Shown here: positions 1 to 27,069 of the stretch, piece by piece
Position numbering within the stretch: the first letter of the stretch is position 1
How the letters are laid out: each line of letters begins with the position of its first letter
From: Eledone cirrhosa
Taxonomy: Eukaryota
Length of the DNA: 64,000 nt
Reading direction: 5' to 3'
NCBI GenBank assembly: GCA_964016885.1
Contig: OZ024745.1
Coordinates: forward strand, 61,256,001-61,320,000
Made by a program: the position numbers and the translations under genes
Notes under the pieces: generated by a model
Database searches by the model: none
What the model was told of the DNA's origin: nothing
Seen by the model: the letters and a program-made list of their open reading frames with translations, nothing else

Positions 1-669
1 GGAACCAAACTCCCACTATCACTGCCTCCATCTCTCCCCATCTCTCACTATTATGAGCATATGGAGGCCCACCCGCTGGCCGCTCTGCATCCCCGGTGGA
101 GAGAATGGAGAAAGCATTTCCCCGGAGGATGGTGAGGGAGACATGCTGTATGAGCCATTCCAGCCCACAAGGCTCACACCTGTGCTGATGGTGGCGAGTA
201 GAGAGGTGGCCCTAGGGTGAAAGACACCAGAAGTTTCCACTGGCAACTGGCCCAGCTAGAAGAGTCAGTGGTATCTATGAATAGCATTGTAGACGTTGCT
301 AATTGTCAGAAAGACAACTGTCAATGGCTAGGTTGATTATATTGTCAATAGGGGCCATCTGAAGATAGACTTCCCCTTTGCTAGCTCGTAAGTGTTGTAT
401 GAATGATGAGTTATTTGTTTGTTTCCTTGCAGTACTGAGCTCAGATTTTCTTGTAGGCATAGAGGAAGCAACAGGGTAGCTATTCAGTGTCTTTTTTTTT
501 TTCTGAAGCATTAACACAGGCAATCTCTTCAATGATTTACAAGGCATCATTTCTGAACTAATAATAAATTTACAACTCTCAAAACATATTTAATGAATTC
601 CTGTGTTGTACCTTGGATGAATATGCATTGCTCAGATGCCATGAATACATCATCATCATCATCAATGTT

Positions 670-862
670 TTAACCTTTTAGCATTTACATTACTCTGTAT
701 TCACTATTGTATTTTCGTAGTAAAGGCTTTATCTCACATAATATTGAATCTATGAGGTTTTGATATTATTTATTTTGAGAACAATACCTTAACATCAATA
801 TAAGTGGCTGGTCACGGCTAGTTTGAACAGAAGGAGGTGAGACAATTCTGGCCGGATACAGC
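670..862. mobile_element. piggyBac-type MITE, family A, right end decayed
   Basis: Starts TTAA-CCTTTTAGCATTTAC; homologous to 12429-12648. Confidence 0.6.
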
Positions 863-1356
863 TGATGTTGTTTACAATTCTGACATGAGTTGGATAGGCT
901 TGCTACACAATATTCATTATATATTGCTCAAAGATGATAAACAGTGTTATGTTATGTATCACTGAAAGGAATAAGCACATCATCACATTAACTACAGTGA
1001 TATTACATATATTGCTCAGAGGTACCATACAATGATAACATGTGGACTACAATAATATGATCTGTATTCCCAAGAGCTAACACATCATCATCAATTTACT
1101 TACCATGTTGGTATTGGTTGGATGGTTTACAGAATCTTGCCCTACTTCTATGTTCCATTTTGGCATAATCTATACCAGGATGTTCTTCCTAATGCCAACC
1201 ACTTTACAGAGTTAACTGGGTGCTTACTAAAATAATATTTTGTTGCTCGGAAGTCATAATTATATTCATAACATTGCTGAAATACACTAAATTCTATATC
1301 ATTATCCTTAGCAATGTTTTAACATACCTCTATGCTGGCATTATTTATACATGTTA

Positions 1357-1800
1357 GGATGGTGGATTGGCAGTATCGGTAGAAGGTCGGACGCTATGCT
1401 TGAAAAATAGAGTTACGGCCTTTTATGATCTGAGTTCAAATCCCGCCGAGGTTAACTTTGCCTTTCATCCTTACGGGGGTGATAAAATAAAGTACCAGTC
1501 ACGAACTGGGGTCGATTTCAATTGACTTCCCCCTCCCCCACAATTGCTGGCCTTGTGCCTATAGTAGAAATCATTCTTTATACATGTTAGGGCAGTGGAT
1601 TGGCAGTATCGGTAGAGCATTCGACAACATGCTTTGTGGCATATAGTTATGGCTCTTTACGTTCTGTGTCCTGCTGAATTTAGCTTTGCCTTTCATCCTA
1701 ACGGCGTTGACAAAATAAAATACCAGTAATGTACTGAGGTCGATTAAATTGACTTTTCCCCTACCTCAAAATTGTTGGCCTTTTGCCTAAATCTGACTAT
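1357..1800 (+). mobile_element. Two tandem tRNA-derived Nin-domain SINEs
   Basis: A-box-like GGATTGGCAGTATCGGTAG, B-box-like GAGTTCAAATCCC, and the Nin-like GCCTTTCATCC...GATAAAATAAAGTACCAG block. Confidence 0.8.
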
Positions 1801-2514
1801 TATTTATAAATGTCTTCTATACAGTATATTGTCAATTATTTTGATTTTTCATCGTCTCAGCTGTGAAATCCAGCATTTTTTACATCTTTGTTGGTCATAT
1901 TTTTCCTCTAATGGCAGCACACAACTCTGTCACCTTGTGGTCATCATCAATTGTTTTTCTATGTTAGGACAGTCAGCTCTTCATATACCGGCTGATGTTT
2001 TTTTTTTACTACTCAGCTGTGTTCTCAACTCATGTGTTGGCTATCCTTCATTCAACATAACAGTACTCATCTAATGATCACTCCTCATTTCTCTTATGCC
2101 TATACAGATTCTCTGTATTCAGTGTTTATATGTCAATGTATGCAGGTATTACAATTATGTTATAGGTATTAAAATCATACACATATCATTGCTCAAATGC
2201 ATTAATTAAAATCTTTGCTTCAGATTGATCAAATAAGTTTTATCAGCTCGGGATTGTTTTATAGTGTTAAGTATTATTTTATTCATTTACTACTTGGGAA
2301 CTGTCATAAAAAAAAGAGGTTTCCTAGCTGGGAATTGAACTCAGTTTCTTTGGGGAGAGCTATGAATCGTAACCACTGAAATCAACTTCTTTGGAATCTT
2401 TTCACACAAATGTGTGAACTACTCTATCATGCTATGATTTTAAATGACAGAATTTTTATGTCACTTATCAAATATATATATATATAGATAGATATAGATA
2501 CACAATAAACACAC

Positions 2515-2885
2515 CCAGTACACGCAGTAAAGTGGTTGGTGTGGGACGGGCATCTAGCATCTTGCCATACAAAGGGTTGGGAGGACCCTTCGGCTATAGT
2601 GTTGCTGATCTATACAATAAGCACACCCTTTACACTGTAAAATGGTTGGTGATAGGAAGAGCATCCTGCTGTAGAAATCTTGCCTGACAAAAGGATTCGG
2701 AGGACTCTCAGTTGTGTCAAAGACATGACAATCCCTCCTGTGGAACATCAACTGTACATAAAGCGAGACACAGATCCCTGACCTGCCTGGGAGATCAGTG
2801 GTTCTGCTTCAATACTGACTTGGTCTATGTGACCTGTCCAACCCTGCTAGCAGGGAAAGCAAACGTTAAAACAATGATGATGATA
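2515..2885 (+). mobile_element. SINE with RTE-type 3' tail ending in (ATG)n
   Basis: AGGAAGAGCATCC...GTAGAAA block and 3' GCTAGCAGGGAAAGCAAACGTTAAAACAATGATGATG; related pieces at 5720-5890 (+), 25955-26110 (-) and 28556-28665 (-). Confidence 0.6.
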
Positions 2886-3122
2886 TGAGAGGGAAAAGGA
2901 TAGTTTCTAATGTAAGCCATTTCATATTCCATTTAGTTTTACCTGGATATATAATAAATAATAAGTCTATTGTATTTATTATTAGGACACCAGGTGTTAA
3001 AATGTCAGATTTCAAAACCAAGCAAATCAGACAAGCTTTGCTATTGGAAATTTTTTATAGCCAATAAAAATAATTGATCTTTTAGTTGTAAGATTGACAA
3101 AGAATCAATATATTTCTCTTTC

Positions 3123-3326
3123 TTAATCCTTTCATGACCACATTTCTGATGAAATACACTCTATTTTAATTAATTAATGAAGAATTTTGAGGGATTTACT
3201 AAAATTATTAATTATTTCATTACTAAGATAGTAACTTAATGTAAGGTTCTTATATAAAATTACATTGGTAGTTTTATTTCAGAGAATCAGAGCTGGTTTT
3301 GGCTGGGTTGGTAACTAAAAGGTTAA
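3123..3326. mobile_element. piggyBac-type MITE, family B
   Basis: TTAA at both ends and imperfect TIRs; homologous to 14316-14554. Confidence 0.65.
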
Positions 3327-4267
3327 ATTATACTTTTAAAACAGTGACACTCTCTGAAAGTGTTAATTATGATGATGATGTCTCTGGTAAACTTAGCACA
3401 CAAATTTATTGCTGAATTAATATTTGATTAATTAATTATATTTGTTTTTAAAATCATCTCATTATATCTACTCCTCTTAAAGTATCGTTTCTAAATAGTG
3501 TTGTTGATATTGTATTGATAAGGATTTTATCAATATTTCAAAACATGTCATAATTCTATCAAACTAGTCAGTTTTCATCATCATTGATTTAAATTTTGTT
3601 TTCCTTTGTACAATTTTTCACCCCAAGAAGTTTTCTCTTTTAGATTTATTAATAGTATGATTGTTATTTTAGGTGAAATATTTACACTATGTATTCAAAA
3701 AACAGCCCTCGATGAAAATGATTGTAGAGTCTGGACATTTATATATGTTAAACCAATAGTTATATAAATTATAGATTTTTAAAAACATTTTGCTCTATAT
3801 GTATTAACACAGTATGGATTATCAATAACATAGAAATACTTTGGATTTTTTAAAGCCTCTAATAATAAATTTTATGGAAGGTTTTCATGTACTCGTACTT
3901 TTTGTATGGTCTCAATTTGTTATAGGCTTTCAGCACTCTGTCAGTTGTTGCTAATATTTAATTTTGCTCTAGTCTTAAGTAATTTTTTTCTTTTAATTGC
4001 TTTTAGGAATAAACTTAGACAAACTTGACTTGTGTTGCAGTCTTAAAAATAACCCCTATCTATTGACTTTGTTGTTTTTATGATCAGATGGATTAAATGC
4101 TTATAGAAAGCCAGACATTTCCTAGAAACTAAAAGAGTAGACATTGAACAGAGTAATAGGTGAAGTACTTATATCTAACCTGAAGAAAGGCACAATATAA
4201 CAAATTTGAACTCAAGGTCTTTCTCTCTGTCTCATTTTGATAACTAAATAAATCTATATATCCTATA

Positions 4268-5475
4268 CAGGTTGCTCAGTTTTGTCAGGACATATATTTA
4301 AATAGCTCTAACTTTTTTCAAACTTGTTCTGATTATCATTTCTTTTCAGATAAATGATGACAGACATCAAACTAACTCAGCAAATGAAAAGAAATGCTGT
4401 AATTATTACTTTAAAAGCAGAGCATAGTGATTTAGAGATTGCTTGCTTCCTGAAATTTGTATGGTTGTTTGCCAAAGCTCACAAAGAGCTGGAAGCCACT
4501 GGTGGGGATTCTACAGTAGTAGCGAAATGTAATTTGCCTGCTAAAGGTTCTAATACATTCAGAACACTCAAATTTGTACGGAAGATGAAGAAAATTATTG
4601 ATAGAAATCTGTCATTTAGTGTTATTGCTAAGGAACTCAAGGTTTCAAGGCACATTATTTGAATAATCGTGCATGAGGACCTTCGATATAAGTAATGATG
4701 CAGAGAGGCCATGTCTGTAAAGACAAAAGATAGCCACTTGATCTGCACAAAGCACTTGTTGAGTAAGTTGAAACATCAAGAGCTTGGAATGCTTTGGTTT
4801 TTCTCTGAGAAAATTTTTGAACAGGATCAAAAGGTGAACCGAAGGAATGATAAATGGTTATGTAGAGATCCTAAAGACGACGTTCAAATGGTCATGCACA
4901 AAAAATTTCCGGCAACTGTGATGGTTCTGGGAGTCATGAGCAACGAGGGAGATGTCATGCCTTCTCACTTCTTTCCTCAGGGCGTGTAAGGGTCAATGAT
5001 GCTGACTATAAGGAGGTGTCGGAGAGAGTTGAGAGGTTTTGGATAGAGAACGTGAGCAAAGGAAGACCATACATCTATCAACAAGAATGGATGAGTTATA
5101 ATCTCCATGATCATGACTCTTCAAACATATGGCCTCCTGGCTATCCAGATCTGAATCTGTTGGACTACTTACATAGGGGGCATAGTCGAGAGGGAAGTCA
5201 ATCAACGCCCCCATAACACTATAAAATCTCTGAAGTCTGGCATAACCAGCAAAATGTTTGAAATAGATAAAGATCATCTGATTTGGATATGTCAACATTT
5301 CAGATCTCGTATTGTAGCACTCATCAATGCTAAAAGTGGATTTGTTGAATCGATACATCAAGAAGAGTCTCAAGATTATTCATGCCCAGTTTTTCTCAAA
5401 TAAATCTCTTCTTCCATGACTTATGTGTCTTTTATTAAAGTCATGCAAATATCCTCAAAGAACTGAACTACCCAG
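4268..5475 (+). mobile_element. Decayed Tc1/mariner-superfamily DNA transposon (frameshifted DDD transposase, maT/DD37D-like)
   Basis: ORF pieces read WFFSEKIFEQDQKVNRRNDKW, VMVLGVMSNEGDVMPSHFF and WPPGYPDLNLLDY (WPxxSPDLNPLDY motif); TA-flanked imperfect TIRs CAGGTTGCTCAGTT / AACTGAACTACCCAG. Confidence 0.85.
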
Positions 5476-6260
5476 TATGTTCCTAATTTTATGGTTGATG
5501 TTAGATTTTAAAATCAAACTGTACAAACAGTGGGAGCTTTTTGCAGGAAACTAGGTGAAAACACTGATGAAATAAGTTCTTCATCACTCATTCCCATCTC
5601 ACATTTGATTTTTGCTCTGGTATCATAACCATTCATATGTTTTTATTACTACCAATATACCATCTATAGTTAACACTCCACTTTGAAGGCCGTAGTTTTT
5701 CTCATTAATCTTTCTTCTATACAGTAAATGTGATTAGTGTCAGGAAGGGTATCCAGCTGTAAAAATCCCAGCCAAAATACAGTTCTGTTTGAGCAAGGAA
5801 CGGCGTTGCCAGACTTGCCTCATAATGTAGACGACACGCCTAACCCATGCTAGTGTGGAAAAAATAGACGTTAAATGGTGATGATGATAGTTATTGAGTT
5901 TGGATTACATATTGTATTTTAGTGAAGTGCAGCAACATGTTACTACATGGACGTTGAAGACTTACAAGGCCACCACATCAAAACAAATAACTCCATGTTT
6001 GAAAATATTTGAGAATGTAGGAGAGCAATTTTTCACACATTTAGGGAAATATTACTGTGCTAAGTGAATTTCTTTTGGGGGGAATTTGGTATCAATTTAA
6101 AAACTATTTTAATTCAATAACCATGCTATTCTAATTTGTGTTAGTTGGATTATCGTTGTATATTTAATCAATTTTAATGATTTTATTTTCAGGTGCTGCG
6201 TTTATTAAAAAATAATTGTTTTAAAATTTTGTTTAATTAAAATATAAATTGTAAATGTAA

Positions 6261-19186
<12,926 letters not shown>

Positions 19187-19225
19187 AAGCATGGCAGTTG
19201 TTTCTCTCTATACCTGCTACAAGTT

Positions 19226-19231
19226 AATAAA
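19226..19231 (+). promoter_or_regulatory. Candidate proximal polyadenylation signal of ACTR1 (a more distal AATAAA at 20800-20805)
   Basis: AATAAA 40 nt after the stop, with a TG-rich tract at about 19273-19290. AATAAA is common in AT-rich DNA. Confidence 0.35.
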
Positions 19232-21127
19232 CACAGCCTACCCCTGTGCATGTTAAGTTTATGTAACATAATGATTTTTGTGTCTGTGTATATATTTACC
19301 ATTCTATTTATCTATTTGACAGATCAAAAGATGACAGAAAATTAATGTTTTCTTCTCAGAATGTTTCACTCTACTAAACAGCATTAGGGGCGGGAAGTAA
19401 CTAGACTCATACACAGGAGATCTGAAATCTATTAAATGAAATGAAATTAAGGGAGAAAAAAAAATTACTGAAACATGAAAAATATTTATTTTATGAAAAT
19501 AATAGAAACCCATTGACTTATCATTTCTTGTTTAGAGTTCTTTTGATTTCTTTTCTTGCTTACTTTAAAACAATAACAACAAAAGAAACAGTCTCCCCCA
19601 CACAAAAGATAATAAAAAGGATTATTTCATGTATCATATTTAAAAGTAATTTTCTCCTGGTCAGTGAGTGGATGAAAGTCAGTTAAATATTTAGTTAATA
19701 TCTTTGTCTGCTTTTCTCATTTCAAACAAATATTGCTACTATAAATATATTTCTAGACATTTAGAGAAGGGAAACTTAGATGGGTAAAGACAATTTTTAA
19801 ATTTTATTTTTTTAAATTTTCATTTTGAACATCTGCTCAAGTTTGTACCTTACGTTTGGCCAAATGTCTTAATTTATTTAATCTTTTGCTATGCTTAATG
19901 ATAAAATAGTTACTTCATCCTTCCTAATATCACCCCATTGCAAAAAAGAAAAAGAAAGAAAAGTCTAGAAAAAAAAAGGAAAAAAAAAAAAAAAATAACT
20001 CCCAATTAAAGAAATTTGCAAAGTCATTCAAAAGAGATTTAAAAATTAGTTCCTCTGAAATAGAGGGGCCTCAATTTATATTGTTTACTGGAATTTGTTT
20101 GACAGTTTTATATAATAATTTAGCTGACAGCTGAATAATTATTTCTCCATGATAAGATGGCTTGCCATCTGTCATACAAGCTAACTCTGTGATGCATTCC
20201 GACTAATATGAACAAAGATGTTTTCTTTTGACTACTTCTATTACAGCAGCAAAAGCTTCATATCTTTCTGGTAATTTTCTATTAGTTTGTTCTGCAGATT
20301 TTAATTAATTATTTCCTTAAAGTAGGTGAACTATAATCAAACCAGCTTTGCAATATATTATCATTGATTGTAGACAAATTCTACAGATTGCATCTGCTTT
20401 GATTATTTGCTGAAGATTTAAAAAGGAAAACAAAAAAATGAAGAGGCAATTATGATATTGAATTATTTACTTGAAGAAAATTTTAAGATGTACTTGTTTA
20501 ACCATTCTATTGAGTTAGAATCATTAACAGCTATTATATTTCCGGAGACACTCTTTGAATGTTGTGTCTTGAATGTGGTTTTAGAATATTTTCATTACAG
20601 AATTTCTTTAAAAAATACATAATTGCATTTGTTGTAGATCTATTTCATTTATTTTCATACTTATAGAGCTTTGCATTACTTGGGAGAGAGAGGGAGAGAG
20701 TCAGTCTATCTTTCATTGTTCAAAATAATTGAAAAGCTCTACAGTGGATCATGATTAATCAAAGAAAAAAAATTGAAAGCATCAAATCACCACTCTGTTA
20801 ATAAAATGCTTTTGGTTTTTTCATATTGTCTTGGGGAACCAACCCCCAGCCATTTGTTGAGCAAATAATAAACTTTGTAAATCTCAACCAACTTTTAAGC
20901 TTTTTGATTTCTCTGTTAATTTTGGTACCAAGGATTTTGTTGCGTTTTAAAAACTTGAAGTGTTACTGTTTTTTTTTAAGATATACTATTGCCTGTTAGG
21001 GAGTATGTTGGATGTAACACTCTCTTAAAGAATAAGACAGTATGGTGTGTTGTAGAATATGGTGTGTAAGGATAAGATACTGAAGGTTCTATTACATAGG
21101 ACAAAGTAAATCTGTTGCATTAATTGT

Positions 21128-21345
21128 AGGACGGTGGATTAGCAGAATTGGTAGAGCGTCAGACAAAATGCTTTGCAGTATTTAGTTACGGCCCTTTGCG
21201 TTCTGAGTCAAAATCCTACCGAGGTTAACTTTGCCTTTCATCATTATGGGCTTGATAAAATAAAGTACCAGTGATGTACTGGGGTCAATTTAGCTGACTT
21301 TTCCCTTCCTTTCAAATTGCTGGCCTTGTGCCAAATGTAGAAACA
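21128..21345 (+). mobile_element. Nin-domain tRNA-SINE
   Basis: Full head-to-tail copy of the family. Confidence 0.8.
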
Positions 21346-22022
21346 ATTAATTGTAGGATATAATTTCTTATGGAAGAATACTTTGAACACTTATAATTTA
21401 TGGGGGTATAAGTCTCTTATAGAACAAGAGATATTACATATAGTGCAGTTTGTAACAGAACATGATCTATCATAAAAGAGAATATACTATAATTAATTAT
21501 AGAATAAGATATATTGCAGTGTTATAGAACAAGATATAGTCCAGTGTTTCCTAGAGCTTAATTAAATTAAAATACAGTTCAGTATAAAACAAGTTACCAT
21601 AACATCCATTATAAAACAAGATACAAAGTTGTCTAATTTATGGAAGATGTTATACTATATATGTAATCTGTTTACAACAGGTTCAAAATGAAATCAGGAA
21701 ATCAAAATGTTAAGAGATAACGTTTCTAAATTTACCATTTTCTCCTTAATTTACACGCATGCCTTTATTTTTATTTTATAAACTGTAACTGCACACATTA
21801 TTTTCTACTCATTATTTATGTTGTATACTATGCTAATTTCATTTCACAATCTCCAGATATCGTTTCTTCTTCGAAACATTTCATTGTTTTATTTGGTCTA
21901 TTTTGACTTTCCTGTCAATTAACTAAATTTTTTATGAGTACCTTAGGCTTTTCTCTAAATTGTCTTCATTGCAATTGGAATAAATGTTGCTACATTATTA
22001 TTATTATTGTTATTATTACTAT

Positions 22023-22960
22023 TAGGGCGGTGGATTGGCAATATCGGCAGAGTGTCGGACACCATGCTTTATGGCATAGAGTTACAGCCCCTTATGTTCT
22101 GAGATCAAATTCTGCTGAGGTTAGCTTTACCTTTCATCCTTACAGAGGTTGATAAAATAAAGTACCAGTAATGCACTGAGGTCGATTTAATTGCCTTTCC
22201 CTCAAAATTGGACTTGTGCCTATATCAGAAACCATTATTATTTGGCAGTATCAGTAGAGGGTCGGACGCCATGCTTTGCAGCAAAGAGTTACGGCCCTTT
22301 ATGGTCTGAGTTAAAATCCCGCCGAGGTTAACTGCCTTTCATCCTTACGGGATCGATAAAATAAAGTACCAGTAATGTACTGGGTAATTGCTGGCCTTGT
22401 GCCAAAAGTAGAAACAATTATTATTATAGTGGATTGGCAGTATCGGTAGAGGGTCAGACGCCATGCATTGAAGCATAGTGTTACCTCCCTTTATGATCTG
22501 AGTTCAAATCCTGCCAAGGTTAACTTTGCCTTTCATCCTTACGGGGTCGATAAAATAAAGTACCAGTAATACACTGGGATAATTGCCGGCCTTGTACCAA
22601 AAGTAGAAACAATTATTATTAAACGATCTGAGTTCAAATCCCGCCGAGGTTAACTTTGCCTTTCATGCTTACAGGGTCGATAAAATGAAGTACCAGTAAT
22701 GCACTGGGATAATTGCTGGCCTTGTGCCAAAAAGTAGAAACAATTATTATTTTTATTTATTACTATGAGTGTTTGAGTGACAGTATTGGTAATGTATCAG
22801 ATAAAATATTTTATAGTGTTTAGCTATATTCTTTTGTTTCTGAATTCAAATTTCCCCAAGGCTGACTTTGTTTTCATCCTTTCAGGGTTGATAGAGTAAC
22901 TGCCAGTTTATATTCTCCTCAAAAACCTGTGACCTTGTCATTATATTAGAAACAATTATT
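22023..22960 (+). mobile_element. Head-to-tail array of five Nin-domain SINEs
   Basis: Units at about 22023, 22240, 22428, 22625 and 22780, each ending AGAAAC(A/C)ATTATTA. Confidence 0.82.
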
Positions 22961-24525
22961 ATTTGTAGACACAGAAATGAAAATGGCCAAAACAGTAGAG
23001 TTCTTGATTGAATGCTTTACATTCTGATGTTTTGTGTTGCCACAATTCTTCTTTTCTTCTTGCTCTTGCTCGACAAGACCGGGGGTCACTCTAAACCAGC
23101 GATCCGAGAAGCATCATTGTATGCTGAGCCGACCAGGTCCATCAGTGCCCTCCATCACTGGCAGTCCCGTGCCAGCTCCTCTGTATCCTCCAAGTTGCCA
23201 TAATTCTAAGTTTAAATCCAAGATTGACTTTACCTTTCATTCTTGATGGATTGATAAAATAAGTACTTTTACTAAATCATACCATGTTTTCTTAAATGTT
23301 ACTGGTTCAGAGATTTTAGCTTTGAATTTACCTGTTTTCTATATTGGGAATATTATTAATTGATGTTATTGTTTTTGTTGATATTTTTAGAAATATGACT
23401 TGTTATTATTGTTATTTTTGTTGTCACTCACCCCCACCTTCCTGCAGTCATATTTTCCTGATCAAAACCATGGCACAAGCAACTAGTTGAATGTCTGTGA
23501 TGAATCTACAGATACAGCATTCTAGATACAGTGTTATATGATGTCTTCCTTGTTGATTTGCATTGTACTTTGGAATTCTGGCCGTAACTACGTGACTTTT
23601 CTGTCTTTATATGCTGTCAAAAGATTTAGGATTTGAATATTGGTAGGGAATATGTTGTGTGTACATGTGTGTGTACAAGAGAGGAAGAGAAGGATTTGGA
23701 TGTTACATAAAGGTTGATATGAAACTACATAAAATCTCCCTTTGTTGCCTAGTAAAGTTTGTTTCTAACAGTTTTCTAATTTATCTCTAATAATATAAAA
23801 AAAAAAAAATGTTATCTTCTGTTTAGTGTTAACATTTACCTATGTTTTTCTGAAAAAAAGAGCTAATGAGCATAAGTTGTAGTGTGTCTTAATTCTTATT
23901 ATTGTAACCAACTTCTTTAGACAATTGTCACAGTTGTCCAGTTGCCACTATCATCATGGGAGGGAGGGTGTATCATTTTTAGTGATTGTATCAAGTTAAC
24001 TCCTGTTGTTTAACATCTCACTGTCATTATGTCATGTTTAATTTTTATATTCTGAAACACCTTATTAAAAGGTCATGAGGGGGGGGGGGGTTAGAGAGGT
24101 GGTGGTAAGGTAATTCTGAAACACCTTATTAAAAGGTCATTTTCAAGTTGTCAAAACCTAATAATTTATAAATCACAATTGGTCACATTTTTGTGAGTAG
24201 TTAATTTTGTACATCCTATTTATTAAATAATATTAACGTCTTATATTGTAGACAATAACTATATATATTTTCAGTTTCTGTAACATTATTTAGAGTATTT
24301 GTTCTGTGTGTACAGACACACTAAGTCTTTCTGTGAAGTAATTTTCTAGGTTTAATTATCTAAGTTAGAGAGAGAAAGAACAAGTGACTGGCATTAGAGG
24401 ATTGTGACTTAATAACCTAATGTTTTATTGTAAAGTATGTAATCATTCTTCAGCTTAACATTTTAATCCCCAAATGTCTTTACAACAAAACTAAATATAC
24501 TTTCACATTTTCAATTATTACAGCA

Positions 24526-25139
24526 TATTCTCGGGTCCCAAATAATAGGGGGTGGGGGTGGTGGAATTAGAATAGGCGAGGGTGTTGGAATAAGGGGAGA
24601 GTTGGAATAAGCGGGGGTGGGTGGTTAGAAAATCGGTAATTTTTCTAGGTTGTCTCCGTTGATTTTTTTGAAAACCAGAATTTGTCGTTGAGTTTACATA
24701 TTGAGAAGGATTTGGATGTTACATAAAAGTTGATATGAAACTACATAAAATCTCCCTTTGTTGCCTAGTAAAGTTTGTTTCTAATAGTTTTCTAATTTAT
24801 CTCTAATAATATAAAAAAAAAAAAAAAAATGTTATCTTCTGTTTAGTGTTAACATTTACCTATGTTTATTTATTCATAAAGTATGAGATTAACATTTACC
24901 CATCCTATTTATTCATAAAGTATGAGATTTCTTGTAATGTACTTTTTTGTCATGTATGTTTTTTTAATCTCTAAAGAAAATTAATTGTTGCAGGAATGCT
25001 ACCACTTAAAATAAAATTTCACTAGAGATAGATTAGCAAAATTTAATAAGTGGAATAATAGGTGGAATAAGCGGTCGGGTTGGAAAAAATCTGAAAAATT
25101 AATAAGTGGCAGAGGACAATGATTCGAGACCCGAGAATA
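24526..25139. mobile_element. TIR element (MITE) with an internal copy of neighbouring sequence
   Basis: TATTCTCGGGTCCCAAAT ... ATTCGAGACCCGAGAATA; the left end recurs at about 56048-56150. Confidence 0.65.
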
Positions 25140-25251
25140 TAAGTTTTCTTTTCTCTATTATATAATTATTAGGACATTTGATGTTAAGTACTGCTATAAA
25201 TGTTGCTAAATATATATTTTAAAGCTAGCTTAGTATTATTATTATATATAA

Positions 25252-25435
25252 TGGCGGTGGATTGGCAGTATCAGTAGAGGGTCGGACGCCATGCTTTCCA
25301 GCATAGTTACGTCCCTTTACAATCTGAGTTTAAATCCCGCCGAGGTTGACTTTGCCTTTCATCCTTACGGGGTCGATAAAATAAAGTACCAGTAATGCAC
25401 TGGGTAATTGCTGGCCTTGTGCCTAAAGTAGAAAC

Positions 25436-25440
<5 letters not shown>
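25252..25440 (+). mobile_element. Nin-domain tRNA-SINE ending in (TA)n
   Basis: Full family copy. Confidence 0.8.
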
Positions 25441-25475
<35 letters not shown>

Positions 25476-26599
25476 AACACCTATAAATTATATCAACTGT
25501 ACTGTTGTGTTATTGGAATAATATTTCTTGGAAGTTAAATATAAAGTTAACAGTTATGCAGGAATATTCTAAGTAACAAGATAAGAAATTAATTAGAAGA
25601 TAAGATGCAGCAAATATAAAGGAATTGGTGAATGTTTGGAATGGTCTGAGGTATGAAAATATATTGAAACGCCTAAACTGTCTAATGTATATGCATTTTT
25701 TTTTATGTATCCTGTAAATACAACTAACATGCAATGTTCATCTATTTTATTGTCTGGATAAGAGAATGAGATGAAAGTTGCCATGTGTGTTGACAGGACT
25801 ATTTAAAATGAAATAAATTCTCATTAACTAAAACTTTGTTGGGAATTTTTGTTATATTTTTACTAGAAAGGTGAGCAGCAGAAAAAGTTGAATGCTGGAC
25901 TTTACAGTTTTTTTAGCCAACTCTTAATGTCTTGTACTTCACCAATAATGAAATATCATCATCACTGTTTAATGTTCATTTTCCCACACTAGCATGGGTT
26001 AGCCAGGTTGTCCCGTTTGAGGTAAGTTGGGTCAAGTTACCATGTTGTGCTCACACAGAACTGTTTCTGGCTTGGTTCCTATGGCTGGATGCCCTTCCTA
26101 ACGCCAACATATAACATTATTTTTGGCAGAGCTGTTCTGCTAGAAAATAGGTCACAATTGACGGATCAAATATGGTTGCGATATCAGCAGGCTTCTGCTG
26201 GACGAATAAGCAAGCCTGAACCAACAGCAGCAAACTACTAGGGGAAATGGAGTAATAGGCGACACAGTTAGCTTTCAAGAAAACCCCCACAACCCAGTGA
26301 TGTAGCTACAATGAAGTGAGTAAAAGCTGCCTCTAAAAACCTTAATCTTTGTAGGTCAGAAAATTACCAAATTGGTGACTGGCATGAATAAGACCACTAA
26401 AAACTGCAATATGATCAGATGTTATAAAAGCCTTCATACCACATCATCCTTCATGCAGGGTAACAAGGAATATGTTCTGGCCTTAGGTAGAGCGACCTGT
26501 TAGAAAAACATCGCAGTTTCTATCCAATGCTGTAAAAACTGGTGATTCTGCTTCCTGTCCTAGGAGGAGTGAAATACATGCACTCATGTTGCATATGCC

Positions 26600-26830
26600 G
26601 TGACCCCAAAGAGGGTCCAGAAAGTAGCAAACCTTAACAATTGGCAACTGGAACATTACAACCCTTACAAGTAAGGAGCTGGAACTAGTGGAGGAGGCCA
26701 AATGCTACCAGCTAACTATAGTTGGGGTTTCCTCAACAAAGTTCTGTAGCTCTGGTACCATAGTTTTGGATGGAGGTTAGAAACTTCACTATTCAGGTAT
26801 AGTGTCAAGTTCCTGACTGTCAGAATGTAT
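26600..26830 (+). mobile_element. LINE (RTE-type) AP-endonuclease N-terminal fragment
   Basis: Reads LTIGNWNITTLTSKELELVEEAKCYQLTIVGVSSTK (xWNV...IxGxSET pattern). Confidence 0.65.
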
Positions 26831-27069
26831 TATAGACTTCTTCCATTTATTCCTGAGAGGGCTGTTGGAGCAGAGTCCTTAGACGCACCATCCAGAGGGT
26901 CTTATTGGAAGCAACCATCTTCAATTGTTCCGACTGGATCCTCAAAGTGAGACCAACTGAGTCTTGCTTGTGGTTTATGAAAAATATATTTCAGTCTACA
27001 TATAATTTTGAAAAGGCATAAGGCGGTGGTCGTGGGTTTCAATTCTGAGTGATGCTTTTACTTGACAAT

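Noticed and set aside
19-550. Short minus-strand ORFs in a GC-richer segment
   Set aside because: No recognisable motif or splice context; probably an unassigned repeat fragment
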